A stretch of 64,000 nucleotides of DNA from an uncultured candidate division Zixibacteria bacterium (GTDB taxonomy: Bacteria; Zixibacteria; MSB-5A5; UBA10806): contig CAWFQL010000011.1 of the NCBI GenBank assembly GCA_963817915.1, positions 224,001 to 288,000 on the forward strand, read 5' to 3'. Below the pieces are notes generated by a model that was given only the letters and a program-made list of their open reading frames with translations, did no database searches and was not told where the DNA came from. The number at the start of each line of letters is the position of its first letter. Position 1 is the first letter of the stretch. Of the stretch, positions 40,121 to 49,385 are shown piece after piece. Both the position numbers and the translations under genes were made by a program.

Positions 40121-42466
40121 ATGGCAAGTGTGAGTTCTATAGACGGAATAGTCTCCGGAATGAATACTCAGGGCATCATTGATGCCATGATGAAGATGGA
40201 GCAAGGTCAGGTAGATCTCTATTCCGCAAGACAGGCAGAGTACACGCAAAAACTTACTTCGTGGCAATCAATTAATTCATATATGTTGGGTTTCAAGACG
40301 CAGCTGGATATTCTCGCGAAACCTTCTCTCTGGAATACCAAATCGGTGGTTTCATCGAATGAAGACGCGATCGTCGCGACATCTTCCGGAAGCTCAGCGA
40401 ACGGTACTTATTTTCTTTCGGTAAATCAATTGGCGCGTAATCATCAGATTGCCAGCCAGGGATATTCTGAGAGCTCCGCCATAGTGGGAACCGGCTCCAT
40501 TGAAATAAAGCTTGGAAGCGGAACTTCAAAAACTATTACACTCGACTCGGGGAACAACAGCCTCGAATCCTTAAAAGAAGCGATCAACAATGCTGACGCG
40601 GGCGTGACGGCCGCTATTATCAATGATGGATCAAAAAATAATTCTTATAGATTAATTTTGACAGCCAACGAAACTGGATCGGCGAATCAAATTTCGGTTA
40701 TCTCCAGCTTGTCCGGAGGAACCGCGCCCGATTTTACTACAGCATCATTCGATACAGCCGAAAAATTGATCTGGGCATCAACCTCAACATCGAATCCCTT
40801 TCTCGGAAGCTCCGCTCATTATACCGGATCAACCAATAAGACATACACATTCACTGTCGGCGGTTCCGGCGCCCAAACAGTAGGAAGCGGCCCGATAACT
40901 TTAAACTGGACCGATGGCACGAATTCCGGGACAGTTGCTATCGATATGGCCGGATCGGATGCAGCATTGACTGGAGCAGGCTCGGATGGACTGACTATTA
41001 ACCTGGGTTCAGGTGTTGTGAATGCCGGCGATTCGTTCCAGATTCAGGCGCTTGCTCCGACACTACAAGCGGGGCAGGACGCTATCATGCAATTGGGCAG
41101 CACTGATTCAGGCGGCTCTCCAATCCAGATAACATCCGGTACAAACAAGATCACAACTCTTATTGACGGTGTTTCACTTGATTTAAAGCAAGCGACAACG
41201 ACCGCTGTAATGATAAAGGTCGATAATGATTATTCGTCAATTGCGAAATCGGCCGAAGAGCTGATAAGCAAGTATAATGCCTTCGCGGATTTTGTTGATC
41301 AGCAGATGGCGTATAATTCAGGCACTGGCAAAGCCGGAGTTTTATTAGGTGAATCTTCATTAATCAATCTGCTTTCAGATGTCAGAACTAGCATCACAAG
41401 CAGCATAGCGGGCCTCGCTGGACCATATACGAAGCTGTCTGATGTCGGGATAAAGTTCAATACCAAAGGCAGGCTGGAATTCAGCAGCGCGACATTTACA
41501 AGCAAGTTGGACGCATCGCCAGAGGATATCAGAAAACTATTTCTGGCCGCTGGGACATCATCGAATTCCTATATCAAATATATCTCGTCGGGCGCAAAGA
41601 CTATCGCGCGATCAAGCGGTTATGATGTCGATATCACCAAGGCCCCTGAGCAGGGCGCATTCGCCGCGGGCTCAATACCCAATCCTGCCACAACACCGTT
41701 GGTAATAGATTCGACCAATAGCAACATGCAAATCAAAATCAATGGGTACTTGTCAAATACAATTTCATTGGAACAAAGGGCATATTCAACAGGCGCCGAA
41801 CTGGCTGAGGAGATTGAAAATAAAATTAACGCCGACATATCGTTGGGCTCAAACGATGTAGTGGTCGAATGGGTCGATGAGGGCGCCAACGGCCACTTGA
41901 AAATCACATCAGCCTTATGGGGCGCCAATTCCAAAGTAGAGATTAGCGGCGAGCCACTAACCAGCGCTCACACCATATTGGGATTTACAAATGGCACATC
42001 GACTGTCGGTGTCGATGTCGAAGGTACGATAAATGGCGAACCTGCTACGGGAGTAGGACAAATACTCACGGGCAAAGACGGTAACGCTACGACCGATGGG
42101 ATGAAACTCGAAATCGATTTGACCGCGGGCCAACTGGTTGATGGCGCCGAAGGCAGAGTCACTCTGACAAAGGGATTTGCGGCCTTGATTTCCGACAAAA
42201 TGAGCCGTTATACAGATCCGTCCACCGGCATACTTAGCAGCAAGGCAGGGTCAATCCAAAAGCAGGTCGATAACCTTAAAGACACTATCACCAGAATGCA
42301 GACTCAATTGGAAAAGAAAAGGGAAAGCTTGTATCAGCAGTTTAGAAATATGGAAAATACGTTGGCAAAGCTTCAAAGCCAGCAGATGTATCTGAGCGCG
42401 GCTATTACCAGTCTGGGCGGCTCATCAAGCGCGTCATCCACTCCCAAGCCCAGCACATCATCGTAA
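40121..42466 (+). CDS. fliD: Flagellar filament cap protein FliD, enlarged (781 aa)
   Basis: G.VSGMNT..II..MM..E, G.Y.L.V.QLA..HQ.AS, IN.A.AGVTA.IINDG, YRLILT...TG, N.....I.GV.LDL, C-terminal L..QF..ME..L..LQ.Q. Confidence 0.95.
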   Translation: MASVSSIDGIVSGMNTQGIIDAMMKMEQGQVDLYSARQAEYTQKLTSWQSINSYMLGFKTQLDILAKPSLWNTKSVVSSNEDAIVATSSGSSANGTYFLSVNQLARNHQIASQGYSESSAIVGTGSIEIKLGSGTSKTITLDSGNNSLESLKEAINNADAGVTAAIINDGSKNNSYRLILTANETGSANQISVISSLSGGTAPDFTTASFDTAEKLIWASTSTSNPFLGSSAHYTGSTNKTYTFTVGGSGAQTVGSGPITLNWTDGTNSGTVAIDMAGSDAALTGAGSDGLTINLGSGVVNAGDSFQIQALAPTLQAGQDAIMQLGSTDSGGSPIQITSGTNKITTLIDGVSLDLKQATTTAVMIKVDNDYSSIAKSAEELISKYNAFADFVDQQMAYNSGTGKAGVLLGESSLINLLSDVRTSITSSIAGLAGPYTKLSDVGIKFNTKGRLEFSSATFTSKLDASPEDIRKLFLAAGTSSNSYIKYISSGAKTIARSSGYDVDITKAPEQGAFAAGSIPNPATTPLVIDSTNSNMQIKINGYLSNTISLEQRAYSTGAELAEEIENKINADISLGSNDVVVEWVDEGANGHLKITSALWGANSKVEISGEPLTSAHTILGFTNGTSTVGVDVEGTINGEPATGVGQILTGKDGNATTDGMKLEIDLTAGQLVDGAEGRVTLTKGFAALISDKMSRYTDPSTGILSSKAGSIQKQVDNLKDTITRMQTQLEKKRESLYQQFRNMENTLAKLQSQQMYLSAAITSLGGSSSASSTPKPSTSS

Positions 42467-42488
42467 AATAAAAGGAGAAGTCAATTTA

Positions 42489-42920
42489 ATGAATCAAGAG
42501 ATTAATGCTTACAGGGAATTGAATATCTCCGAAATGAATCAAAAGGAGCTTATTGTATTTCTTTATGATTCCGCGTTGGAATGTCTTGGCCGTTCCAAAG
42601 AAATGATCACGACAAACAAGATCGGACCATTGCACGAAGAGCTCAGTCGCGCGCGCAATATATTTGTTCATCTACTGGCTACACTGAATATGGAAGCCGG
42701 CGGCGAATTCGCTCAAAAGCTTTCGACATTGTACGCGTTCTTCATCGAAAAAATTACTATCGCCAACGCCACGAGGGAGACAAAGGAAATTGACGAGATA
42801 GTGCCGTTGATATCGGATATAAGAGAATCCTGGTCGCAAATTACCCTTGATGATTCTCAAATGCCTAAGCCCCCCATAAATACAACCCAAACTTTCCAAA
42901 CCATATCCGTGGAGGTCTAG
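42489..42920 (+). CDS. fliS: Flagellin chaperone FliS
   Basis: AY…ELIV.LYD.A, A..I...L...LN.E.GGE.A..L..LY.F, IRESW. Confidence 0.93.
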   Translation: MNQEINAYRELNISEMNQKELIVFLYDSALECLGRSKEMITTNKIGPLHEELSRARNIFVHLLATLNMEAGGEFAQKLSTLYAFFIEKITIANATRETKEIDEIVPLISDIRESWSQITLDDSQMPKPPINTTQTFQTISVEV

Positions 42921-43363
42921 TGAGCGCTCGCAATAACAGACTCAAGGAATTGCTTGAAGCAAAATACAATCTCATGAAAATGATGCAGGATGTTATTTCT
43001 GAACAGGAGACCATGTTTAAGGAAAAGGATTGGGATCGGCTGAATACCAGGTGCACTGATGTTGAAAATATGATCTCTAAACTTAAAGATATCGATTTCG
43101 AGATTGCCCGTCTCGAAGATCAAATGGGCGAAACTAAAATTATCGATCTTGCCGGTGGAATGGAAGCCTACAGGGTCTTTTTTGATAATATATCTGAGCT
43201 GGCGCAAAAAAATAGATCTGCCATAATAAAATTGGCGAAGAATATGGAAAACGCGCGTAACGATGTAAAAAAGCAGCTGAATGAAATCGTGGCCAATTGT
43301 CAAATCGGCGGTTATCGGCCATATTCAGATGAGCAGCCATATTACATTGATAAACAGAGTTAA
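42920..43363 (+). CDS. FlgN/FliT-like helical flagellar export chaperone
   Basis: Helical coiled coil at the fliT position after fliS; C-terminal Y......YIDK resembles FlgN-family tails. Confidence 0.55.
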   Translation: MSARNNRLKELLEAKYNLMKMMQDVISEQETMFKEKDWDRLNTRCTDVENMISKLKDIDFEIARLEDQMGETKIIDLAGGMEAYRVFFDNISELAQKNRSAIIKLAKNMENARNDVKKQLNEIVANCQIGGYRPYSDEQPYYIDKQS

Positions 43364-43405
43364 GATTATTAGACTTTTGACGAACATTGATTTAGAGGTA
43401 GTTTT

Positions 43406-43876
43406 ATGAAGATTCACGGAATTAACCGATCGGTAACGCCGCCTGACGATCGGAGTGACAAAAGTAAACCGACAGCGGAAACACGAATAACAAATGGCGA
43501 CAAGATAGAACTTTCCATGCAGCAAGATAAGTCCTCAAATTATCCAAATGACATCCCGGGTGAAAATTCAGGGCAAAGCGAAATGCAGAGAATCAATTGG
43601 GTTCGGGCGCGCGCGGCGAATGGATTCTACGATAAACAAGGACCTACAGACAAAACAGTAGACCTTCTCATAAAAAATCACAAACTTGCAGACCTGATGG
43701 ATAGAAATCAGCTGAAAAAAAATAATGGCTCAGGAGGCGATCTTATTGCCGCTTCCGTAAAGAAATCGGATAAAATTGCCGAAATAAAACAAAGGATAGA
43801 TGACGGATATTATGATGATCCTGTCCATCTGGCCGAGTTAGCGGAAATAATCATTAAGGAATTTAAAATCGAATGA
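43406..43876 (+). CDS. flgM: Anti-sigma28 factor FlgM-like protein with two copies of the C-terminal motif
   Basis: MKI.G start and DKIELS motif; repeats RINWVRARAANGFYD and KIAEIKQRIDDGYYD…LAE.II. Confidence 0.7.
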   Translation: MKIHGINRSVTPPDDRSDKSKPTAETRITNGDKIELSMQQDKSSNYPNDIPGENSGQSEMQRINWVRARAANGFYDKQGPTDKTVDLLIKNHKLADLMDRNQLKKNNGSGGDLIAASVKKSDKIAEIKQRIDDGYYDDPVHLAELAEIIIKEFKIE

Positions 43877-43886
43877 TGATAATATT

Positions 43887-44783
43887 ATGCCCGTGATAGA
43901 TGAACTAAAAGAAAAAAAGATGAAGATGATCGTGGGGAGAATCCAAAATCTTCCCACGCCTCCGATCGTATTCACCCAAATTACTAAAGTCATCAATGAT
44001 CCCAATACTTCCGCGTACGATCTCGCGAAAATAATCGCCGAAGACCCGGCATTGACTGCAAAAATTCTCAAATTAACAAATTCGTCATTTTATGGAATTC
44101 CCAGATCCATTACCAATGTCAAACAAGCGATCGTGATACTTGGAATGGAAGCTGTGAAATCGCTGGTCATTTCCGCCTCGGTTTTCGAAATGTTTTCCGG
44201 CAAAAATAAAATCGATGGCGACTACTTGGCCGATTTCTGGAAGCATTCTCTGCAGACCGCTTTTACATCCAGGATTATAACCAGGCTTACCGAATTTCCT
44301 GCCTTTCTCGAAGCGGAAATGTCATTCTCGGCTGGCTTGCTGCATGATATTGGAAAGCTCGTTATTATGACCGATATGTCGAAGGAGCATGCCGAAGTGA
44401 AGGAGCATCTCAGTCGAGACACTAAGTTGGCGGAATTCGAGGCTGAAAATGCCGTTATGGAATTCTCCCATGCCGATATCGGAAGCTTTCTCGCCGCTAA
44501 ATGGAATCTGCCGGAGCCGATCTGCAATGCGATTAGAAATCATCATAATTTTGAAGTGGTCAATGCTCAGCCTGAAGCCGGGCTTATACATCTGGCAAAT
44601 CATATGGCGCATCGTGCCAACATGGAAGAAGAAGAGATACTGCCTAATATGTCTCCTCTGAATGAATTGGTATGGCAGACACTTGGCCTGGATTTGAGCC
44701 AGCGCAAAAAATTATTGTCACGGCTCGGAGAAGAATACGGCAAGGCGGAGACATTCCTGAAAATGGCCCAGGGATTAGACTAA
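43887..44783 (+). CDS. HDOD domain protein
   Basis: [57 protein letters not shown]. Confidence 0.93.
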   Translation: MPVIDELKEKKMKMIVGRIQNLPTPPIVFTQITKVINDPNTSAYDLAKIIAEDPALTAKILKLTNSSFYGIPRSITNVKQAIVILGMEAVKSLVISASVFEMFSGKNKIDGDYLADFWKHSLQTAFTSRIITRLTEFPAFLEAEMSFSAGLLHDIGKLVIMTDMSKEHAEVKEHLSRDTKLAEFEAENAVMEFSHADIGSFLAAKWNLPEPICNAIRNHHNFEVVNAQPEAGLIHLANHMAHRANMEEEEILPNMSPLNELVWQTLGLDLSQRKKLLSRLGEEYGKAETFLKMAQGLD

Positions 44784-44825
44784 TTTTGATATATTCCCCA
44801 CATTATTTAAACCTATTTTTTTCGC

Positions 44826-44854
44826 TTGCTAATGCCTCAAATTGCGGATATATT
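44826..44854 (+). promoter_or_regulatory. Probable sigma70 promoter for tRNA-Val/thrS
   Basis: TTGCTA-N17-TATATT. Confidence 0.55.
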
Positions 44855-44985
44855 TGCGCAAGCTCCTTAAAAAGAGGAGCTTATGGTTGGAATTCGGCTC
44901 AGATCTGGGCCGGCGGATTATTATCGTATATTATAATAATGCCGTGATCATAAATGAGAAGGGTTGCATCCCAAATGTGTTCCGG

Positions 44986-45062
44986 GGGCGATTAGCTCAG
45001 TTGGTTAGAGTGCTTGCTTGACATGCAAGAGGTCACTGGTTCAATTCCAGTATCGCCCACCA
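44986..45062 (+). tRNA. tRNA-Val(GAC)
   Basis: Acceptor stem GGGCGAT/ATCGCCC plus ACCA; D-arm AGCTCAGTTGGTTAGAG; anticodon arm CTTGC-TT GAC AT-GCAAG; T-loop GGTTCAATTCC. Confidence 0.97.
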
Positions 45063-45111
45063 TTGTTGGGAAGGAGTCATTGATTAACTTAAAGGGTTTC
45101 TCATCGCTAAT

Positions 45112-45140
45112 GACTACTCCTTCCGGGTAGTCGTTTTTTT
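45112..45140 (+). terminator. Terminator/attenuator-like hairpin between tRNA-Val and thrS
   Basis: GACTAC-tccttccgg-GTAGTC followed by GTTTTTTT; its 5' arm can alternatively pair with 45069-45081. Confidence 0.5.
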
Positions 45141-45145
45141 ATTTT

Positions 45146-47083
45146 ATGGCAAAAGTAAAAATAAAATTTCCGGACAATTCCTTCAGGGAATTCGTCGCGC
45201 CGGTTACGCCGGCTCAAGTCGCGGCCTCGATCTCCAGAAGCCTGGAGAAGAAGGCGCTGGCGGCCATGGTCGATGATAAGACTGTCGATCTATCATTTCC
45301 GATTGAGCATGATTGCGCCCTAAAGATATCTCACATTCGATGATGACAAGGGGAAGGAAGTCTTTTGGCATTCATCGGCGCATATAATGGCGACCGCGAT
45401 TATGGAGCTTTATCCCGAGACCAAATTGGCAATCGGTCCATGCCATTCCAAATGATTTTTCGGCAAGATTTTATTATGATATTGATCTGCCGGAGAAACT
45501 AACCGAAGCTCGAGCTTGGCAAAATTGAATCCAAGATGATGGAAATTGCCAATGGCAACCAGCCTTTCGTGAGAAAAGAATCAGACAGACAATCGGCCCT
45601 AAAGGATTTCCAGAAGATCGGAGATATCTACAAGGCCGAAATGGCATCCGAAATGACTGACGATAAGCTCAGTTTTTATACCAACGGCGATTTTACCGAT
45701 ATGTGCCGTGGCCCGCATCTGCCATCGACCGGTTTTGTTAAGGCGGTCAAATTGCTTACGGTTGCCGGAGCTTATTGGCGCGGCGATGAAAAGAATAAAA
45801 TGCTTCAGCGCATATACGGTGTCACTTTCCCGGATAAGGCAATGCTCGACGAGCATATCGCGAAGATCGAAGAAGCCAAAAAACGCGATCATCGTTTCCT
45901 GGGACGCGATCTCGATCTTTTCTCGATGGTCGATGAAATCGGCGCCGGGTTGGTGCTCTGGCATCCCAGAGGCGCGTTTATTCGAAATAAAATTGAGGCA
46001 TTTTGGAAAGAAGAGCATCTCAATAATGGTTATGAATTGGTTTATTCGCCTCATATAGCAAAATTCGATCTTTGGAAGACCTCGGGGCATGCCGGTTTCT
46101 ATTCCGAAAATATGTATGCTACCATGCTCATCGATAATGTCGAATATGAGATCAAGCCGATGAATTGCCCGTTCCATATTCAAATTTATAAATCAAAGAC
46201 TCGAAGCTATCGCGATCTGCCTATCCGCTGGGCAGAGCTCGGAACGGTTTATCGTTACGAACGTTCCGGTGTATTGCATGGCCTGATGAGAGTCCGAGGC
46301 TTTACTCAGGACGACGCTCACCTGTTTTGCCGTCCCGATCAGCTTGAAGAAGAGTTGATTCGTACTATTAATTTCAATCTCTTCTTTTTGAGGACTTTCG
46401 GTTTTGATAACTACGAAGTTTTCTTATCTACGCGGCCCGAAAAATATGTCGGCTCGCCTGAAGGATGGGAGCTGGCTACTGAATCATTAAAGCATGCGCT
46501 TGAAAAGGCACAGCTGAATTACAAAATCGACCCCGGTGAGGGAGTTTTCTACGGTCCTAAGATTGATATTAAAATCAAGGACAGCCTTGGCAGATTCTGG
46601 CAATGTACGACAATCCAGGTGGATTTCAACCTGCCTGAAAGATTCAATGTTGAATATATCGCGGAAGACGGTCAAAGGAAACGTCCGATCATGATTCATC
46701 GGGCTTTGCTCGGGTCGTTGGAAAGATTTTTCGGAATTATTATCGAACATTACGCCGGCAACTTCCCATTATGGCTTGCCCCTGAGCAAATCCGCATCCT
46801 TCCTGTCACCGATCAATGGAACGAATATGGCAGGGATATAGTTAAGCTATTCGCGGATGCGGGGCTCAAAGCTACAATTGACGAAACCAGCGAAAAGATC
46901 GGCAAGAAGATTCATCTGGCGGAAAGCCTGAAAACCCCTTATATGGCGGTTGTCGGGAAGAATGAGGCCGAAACATCCGAGATATCATTGCGCAAACACC
47001 GGGTAGGGGATTTGGGTAAATTTAAAATTGAAAAAGCTATTGAGATGCTATTAGATGAAAATAAAAAGAAAGCGCTCAAATAA
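45146..47083 (+). CDS. thrS: Threonine--tRNA ligase; about three indels in the 5' part (near 45330, 45441, 45511)
   Basis: TGS N-terminus; off-frame F.HSSAH.MA…GP…[66 protein letters not shown]. Confidence 0.97.
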
Positions 47084-47109
47084 AGTAAATTATAACGGGA
47101 GGATTAAGG

Positions 47110-47628
47110 ATCGCTTACGAACCAGAAGTTAGAATCAATCGCCAAATAAGGGTGCCGGAAGTACGATTGATCGATGAAGACGGATCTCAGGTCGGGGTAG
47201 TTCCCACGGCTAAGGCGCTCGAGATTGCTATCAGTAAAAGCCTGGATTTGGTGGAAGTTGCCGCCAATGTCAAGCCGCCGGTTTGCCGAATCATGGATTA
47301 CGGCAAATATCACTACGAACAATCAAAGAAAACCAAGGCGGCCAAAAAGAAGCAGCATACTATTCAGCTCAAAGAAATGAGATTCAGGCCGAAAACTGAA
47401 GAGCATGACTATCAATTCAAATTGCAGCACATCATCGCGTTTCTCGCTGAAGGCTTTAAAGTCAAGGCGACAGTGGTTTACAGAGGCCGAGAGTTGGTTC
47501 ACAAGGAATTGGGCCAAAAGATTATGGATAGGCTTCTGATAGACCTGAAAGAGTTCGGTGAGCCCGAAGCCAACATGAAGCTTGAAGGGCGAAATCTCTC
47601 GGTGATGTTTTTAGCAAAGAAAAAATAG
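47110..47628 (+). CDS. infC: Translation initiation factor IF-3, probable non-canonical ATC start at 47110
   Basis: RIN.QI...EVRLI, LDLVEV, PPVCRIMDYGK, KEMRFRP; GGAGGA SD 6 nt before the in-frame ATC. Confidence 0.95.
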   Translation: MAYEPEVRINRQIRVPEVRLIDEDGSQVGVVPTAKALEIAISKSLDLVEVAANVKPPVCRIMDYGKYHYEQSKKTKAAKKKQHTIQLKEMRFRPKTEEHDYQFKLQHIIAFLAEGFKVKATVVYRGRELVHKELGQKIMDRLLIDLKEFGEPEANMKLEGRNLSVMFLAKKK

Positions 47629-47726
47629 GTTTTAAGGCCTTAGCAAAATAGTTTAACTTATTCTTAATAGTTTTCTATTGCATACAGGCTTGCGATAGGC
47701 TATATTAGCGCTTTAAAGGAGAATGG

Positions 47727-47921
47727 ATGCCTAAGCTAAAGACAAATCGTTCCGCAGCCAAAAGATTCAAAAAGACCGGAACAGGAAAAATAAAGAGAGG
47801 CAAAACGAGCAAGAGACACATCTTGACCAAGAAGACTACTGCTCGCAAACGGAAACTTCGTAAGGGAGCATTGGTTGATAAGGCTGATGCAAAGCGAATT
47901 AACCGGATGCTACCATATTAA
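47727..47921 (+). CDS. rpmI: 50S ribosomal protein L35
   Basis: MPKLKT...[18 protein letters not shown]. Confidence 0.98.
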   Translation: MPKLKTNRSAAKRFKKTGTGKIKRGKTSKRHILTKKTTARKRKLRKGALVDKADAKRINRMLPY

Positions 47922-47945
47922 TCTCGGATTTAATGGAGTGTAATC

Positions 47946-48296
47946 ATGCCAAGGGCAACTAATAACGTAGCGGCGCATCGAAGACATAAAAAAGTACTTG
48001 ATGCCGCCAAAGGCAATTTCGGGGGTCGTCGCAAATTATACCGCACGGCCAAGGAAACGGTCCAGAAGGGCATGGTTTATGCCTATCGCGACCGCAGACT
48101 CAAGAAAAGAGATTTCAGAAGCTTGTGGATAGTTAGAATTAATGCTGCCACCAGACAGCATGGCCTTTCGTATTCTGTTTTCATGGATGGCTTGAAAAAG
48201 GCGGGCATTCTTTTGAATAGAAAAATGCTTGCTGATATCGCTGTCAACGATAGCGCCGCCTTTGCGGCTTTGGCCGAGCTGGCCAGGAGCGGGTGA
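47946..48296 (+). CDS. rplT: 50S ribosomal protein L20
   Basis: MPR…RHKKVL..AKG, YAYRDRR.KKRDFR.LWI.RINAA, LNRKMLA.IA. Confidence 0.98.
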   Translation: MPRATNNVAAHRRHKKVLDAAKGNFGGRRKLYRTAKETVQKGMVYAYRDRRLKKRDFRSLWIVRINAATRQHGLSYSVFMDGLKKAGILLNRKMLADIAVNDSAAFAALAELARSG

Positions 48297-48333
48297 TTCT
48301 CGAATCTTGCTTTTGAGAACCCATAACTTTCCT

Positions 48334-48360
48334 GGCGGGCTTTTCGACCAAAAGCCCGTC
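48334..48360 (+). other. Stem-loop between rplT and pheS (possible terminator or processing site)
   Basis: GGCGGGCTTTT-cgacc-AAAAGCCCGTC inverted repeat ending 8 nt before the pheS ATG. Confidence 0.5.
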
Positions 48361-48368
48361 TTGGCGTT

Positions 48369-49385
48369 ATGACAGATATACTAAGCGATTTAGATAATAT
48401 CCTTAAAGAGGCATTAACAGCATTAAATAATGTCTCCGATAAAAATTCCCTCGAATCATTAAAAAATCTATATTTGGGGCGTAATGGCAAATTGGCCGAG
48501 TTGTCTAAGCTACTGGGTAAGGTTGATAAACAATTCAGACCCGAAATCGGCGCCAAGCTCAACGATGCCAAGACAAAAATTACCGATATAATTACGCTCA
48601 AATCAGAATCATTTGCTGAAAGCTCCGATTCCGATCAGTTGTTCGACTATACTCTTCCAGGCTCACGCTCATTTGTGGGAAGACGACATCCGTTATTGCA
48701 GACAGTTGATCGAATAGTACAGATCTTCCGAGGCATGGGATTCGCGATCGCTACCGGCCCCGATATTGAAACAGATTTTTATAATTTTGATGCCCTCAAT
48801 ACTCCCGAAGATCATCCCGCCCGCGATCTTTCGGATACATTCTATATTGAAAAAGGGATATTGTTAAGGACTCATACATCTACTGTCCAGATCAGGACGA
48901 TGCAATCGCAGAAGCCGCCGGTGAGAGTAATTTCGCCGGGGCGATGCTATCGTTCCGATGCGCTCGATGCCAGCCATTCGCCTGTATTTTTCCAATGCGA
49001 AGGACTGTATGTTGATAATCATGTCACTTTCGCCGACCTCAAGGGCACAATAACTGCATTTGCCCACGAGATGTTCGGCCCCGATATCAAGGTTCGTTTC
49101 AGACCCCATTTTTTTCCATTCACCGAACCGTCGGCCGAATACGATTTTTCGTGCATGATTTGCGGCGGCAAGGGCTGCCGTGTTTGCAAGCATAGCGGAT
49201 GGGTCGAAATATCCGGCGCCGGCATGGTTGATCCCGAAGTATTCAAGGCTGTCGGATATGATCCTGAAAAATATTCAGGCTTCGCGTTCGGAATGGGAGT
49301 CGATCGAATTACCATGCTCAGATATAGAATCAATGATATTCGACTCCTCTATGATAATGATGTCAGATTTTTAAGGCAATTTTAG
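48369..49385 (+). CDS. pheS: Phenylalanine--tRNA ligase alpha subunit
   Basis: NFDALN.P.DHPARD..DTFY, LLRTHTS, HSP.F.Q.EG, FRPHFFPFTEPS, G.GMV.P, GFAFG.G.DR. Confidence 0.98.
   Translation: MTDILSDLDNILKEALTALNNVSDKNSLESLKNLYLGRNGKLAELSKLLGKVDKQFRPEIGAKLNDAKTKITDIITLKSESFAESSDSDQLFDYTLPGSRSFVGRRHPLLQTVDRIVQIFRGMGFAIATGPDIETDFYNFDALNTPEDHPARDLSDTFYIEKGILLRTHTSTVQIRTMQSQKPPVRVISPGRCYRSDALDASHSPVFFQCEGLYVDNHVTFADLKGTITAFAHEMFGPDIKVRFRPHFFPFTEPSAEYDFSCMICGGKGCRVCKHSGWVEISGAGMVDPEVFKAVGYDPEKYSGFAFGMGVDRITMLRYRINDIRLLYDNDVRFLRQF

Noticed and set aside
44883..44936. 17-codon ORF MVGIRLRSGPADYYRIL after AGGAG
   Set aside because: The SD is only 3 nt from the ATG and sequestered in a hairpin; no other support
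44860..45145. T-box riboswitch for thrS
   Set aside because: No GGTGGNACCGCG T-box consensus or stem I motifs found
45146..45535. thrS, folD, flgE, flgJ and other split genes as true pseudogenes
   Set aside because: Single-base indels with intact flanking motifs, including in essential genes, are better explained by sequencing error
49150..49192. CxxCGGxGCxxC motif in PheS
   Set aside because: A common insertion in many bacterial PheS proteins, not novel
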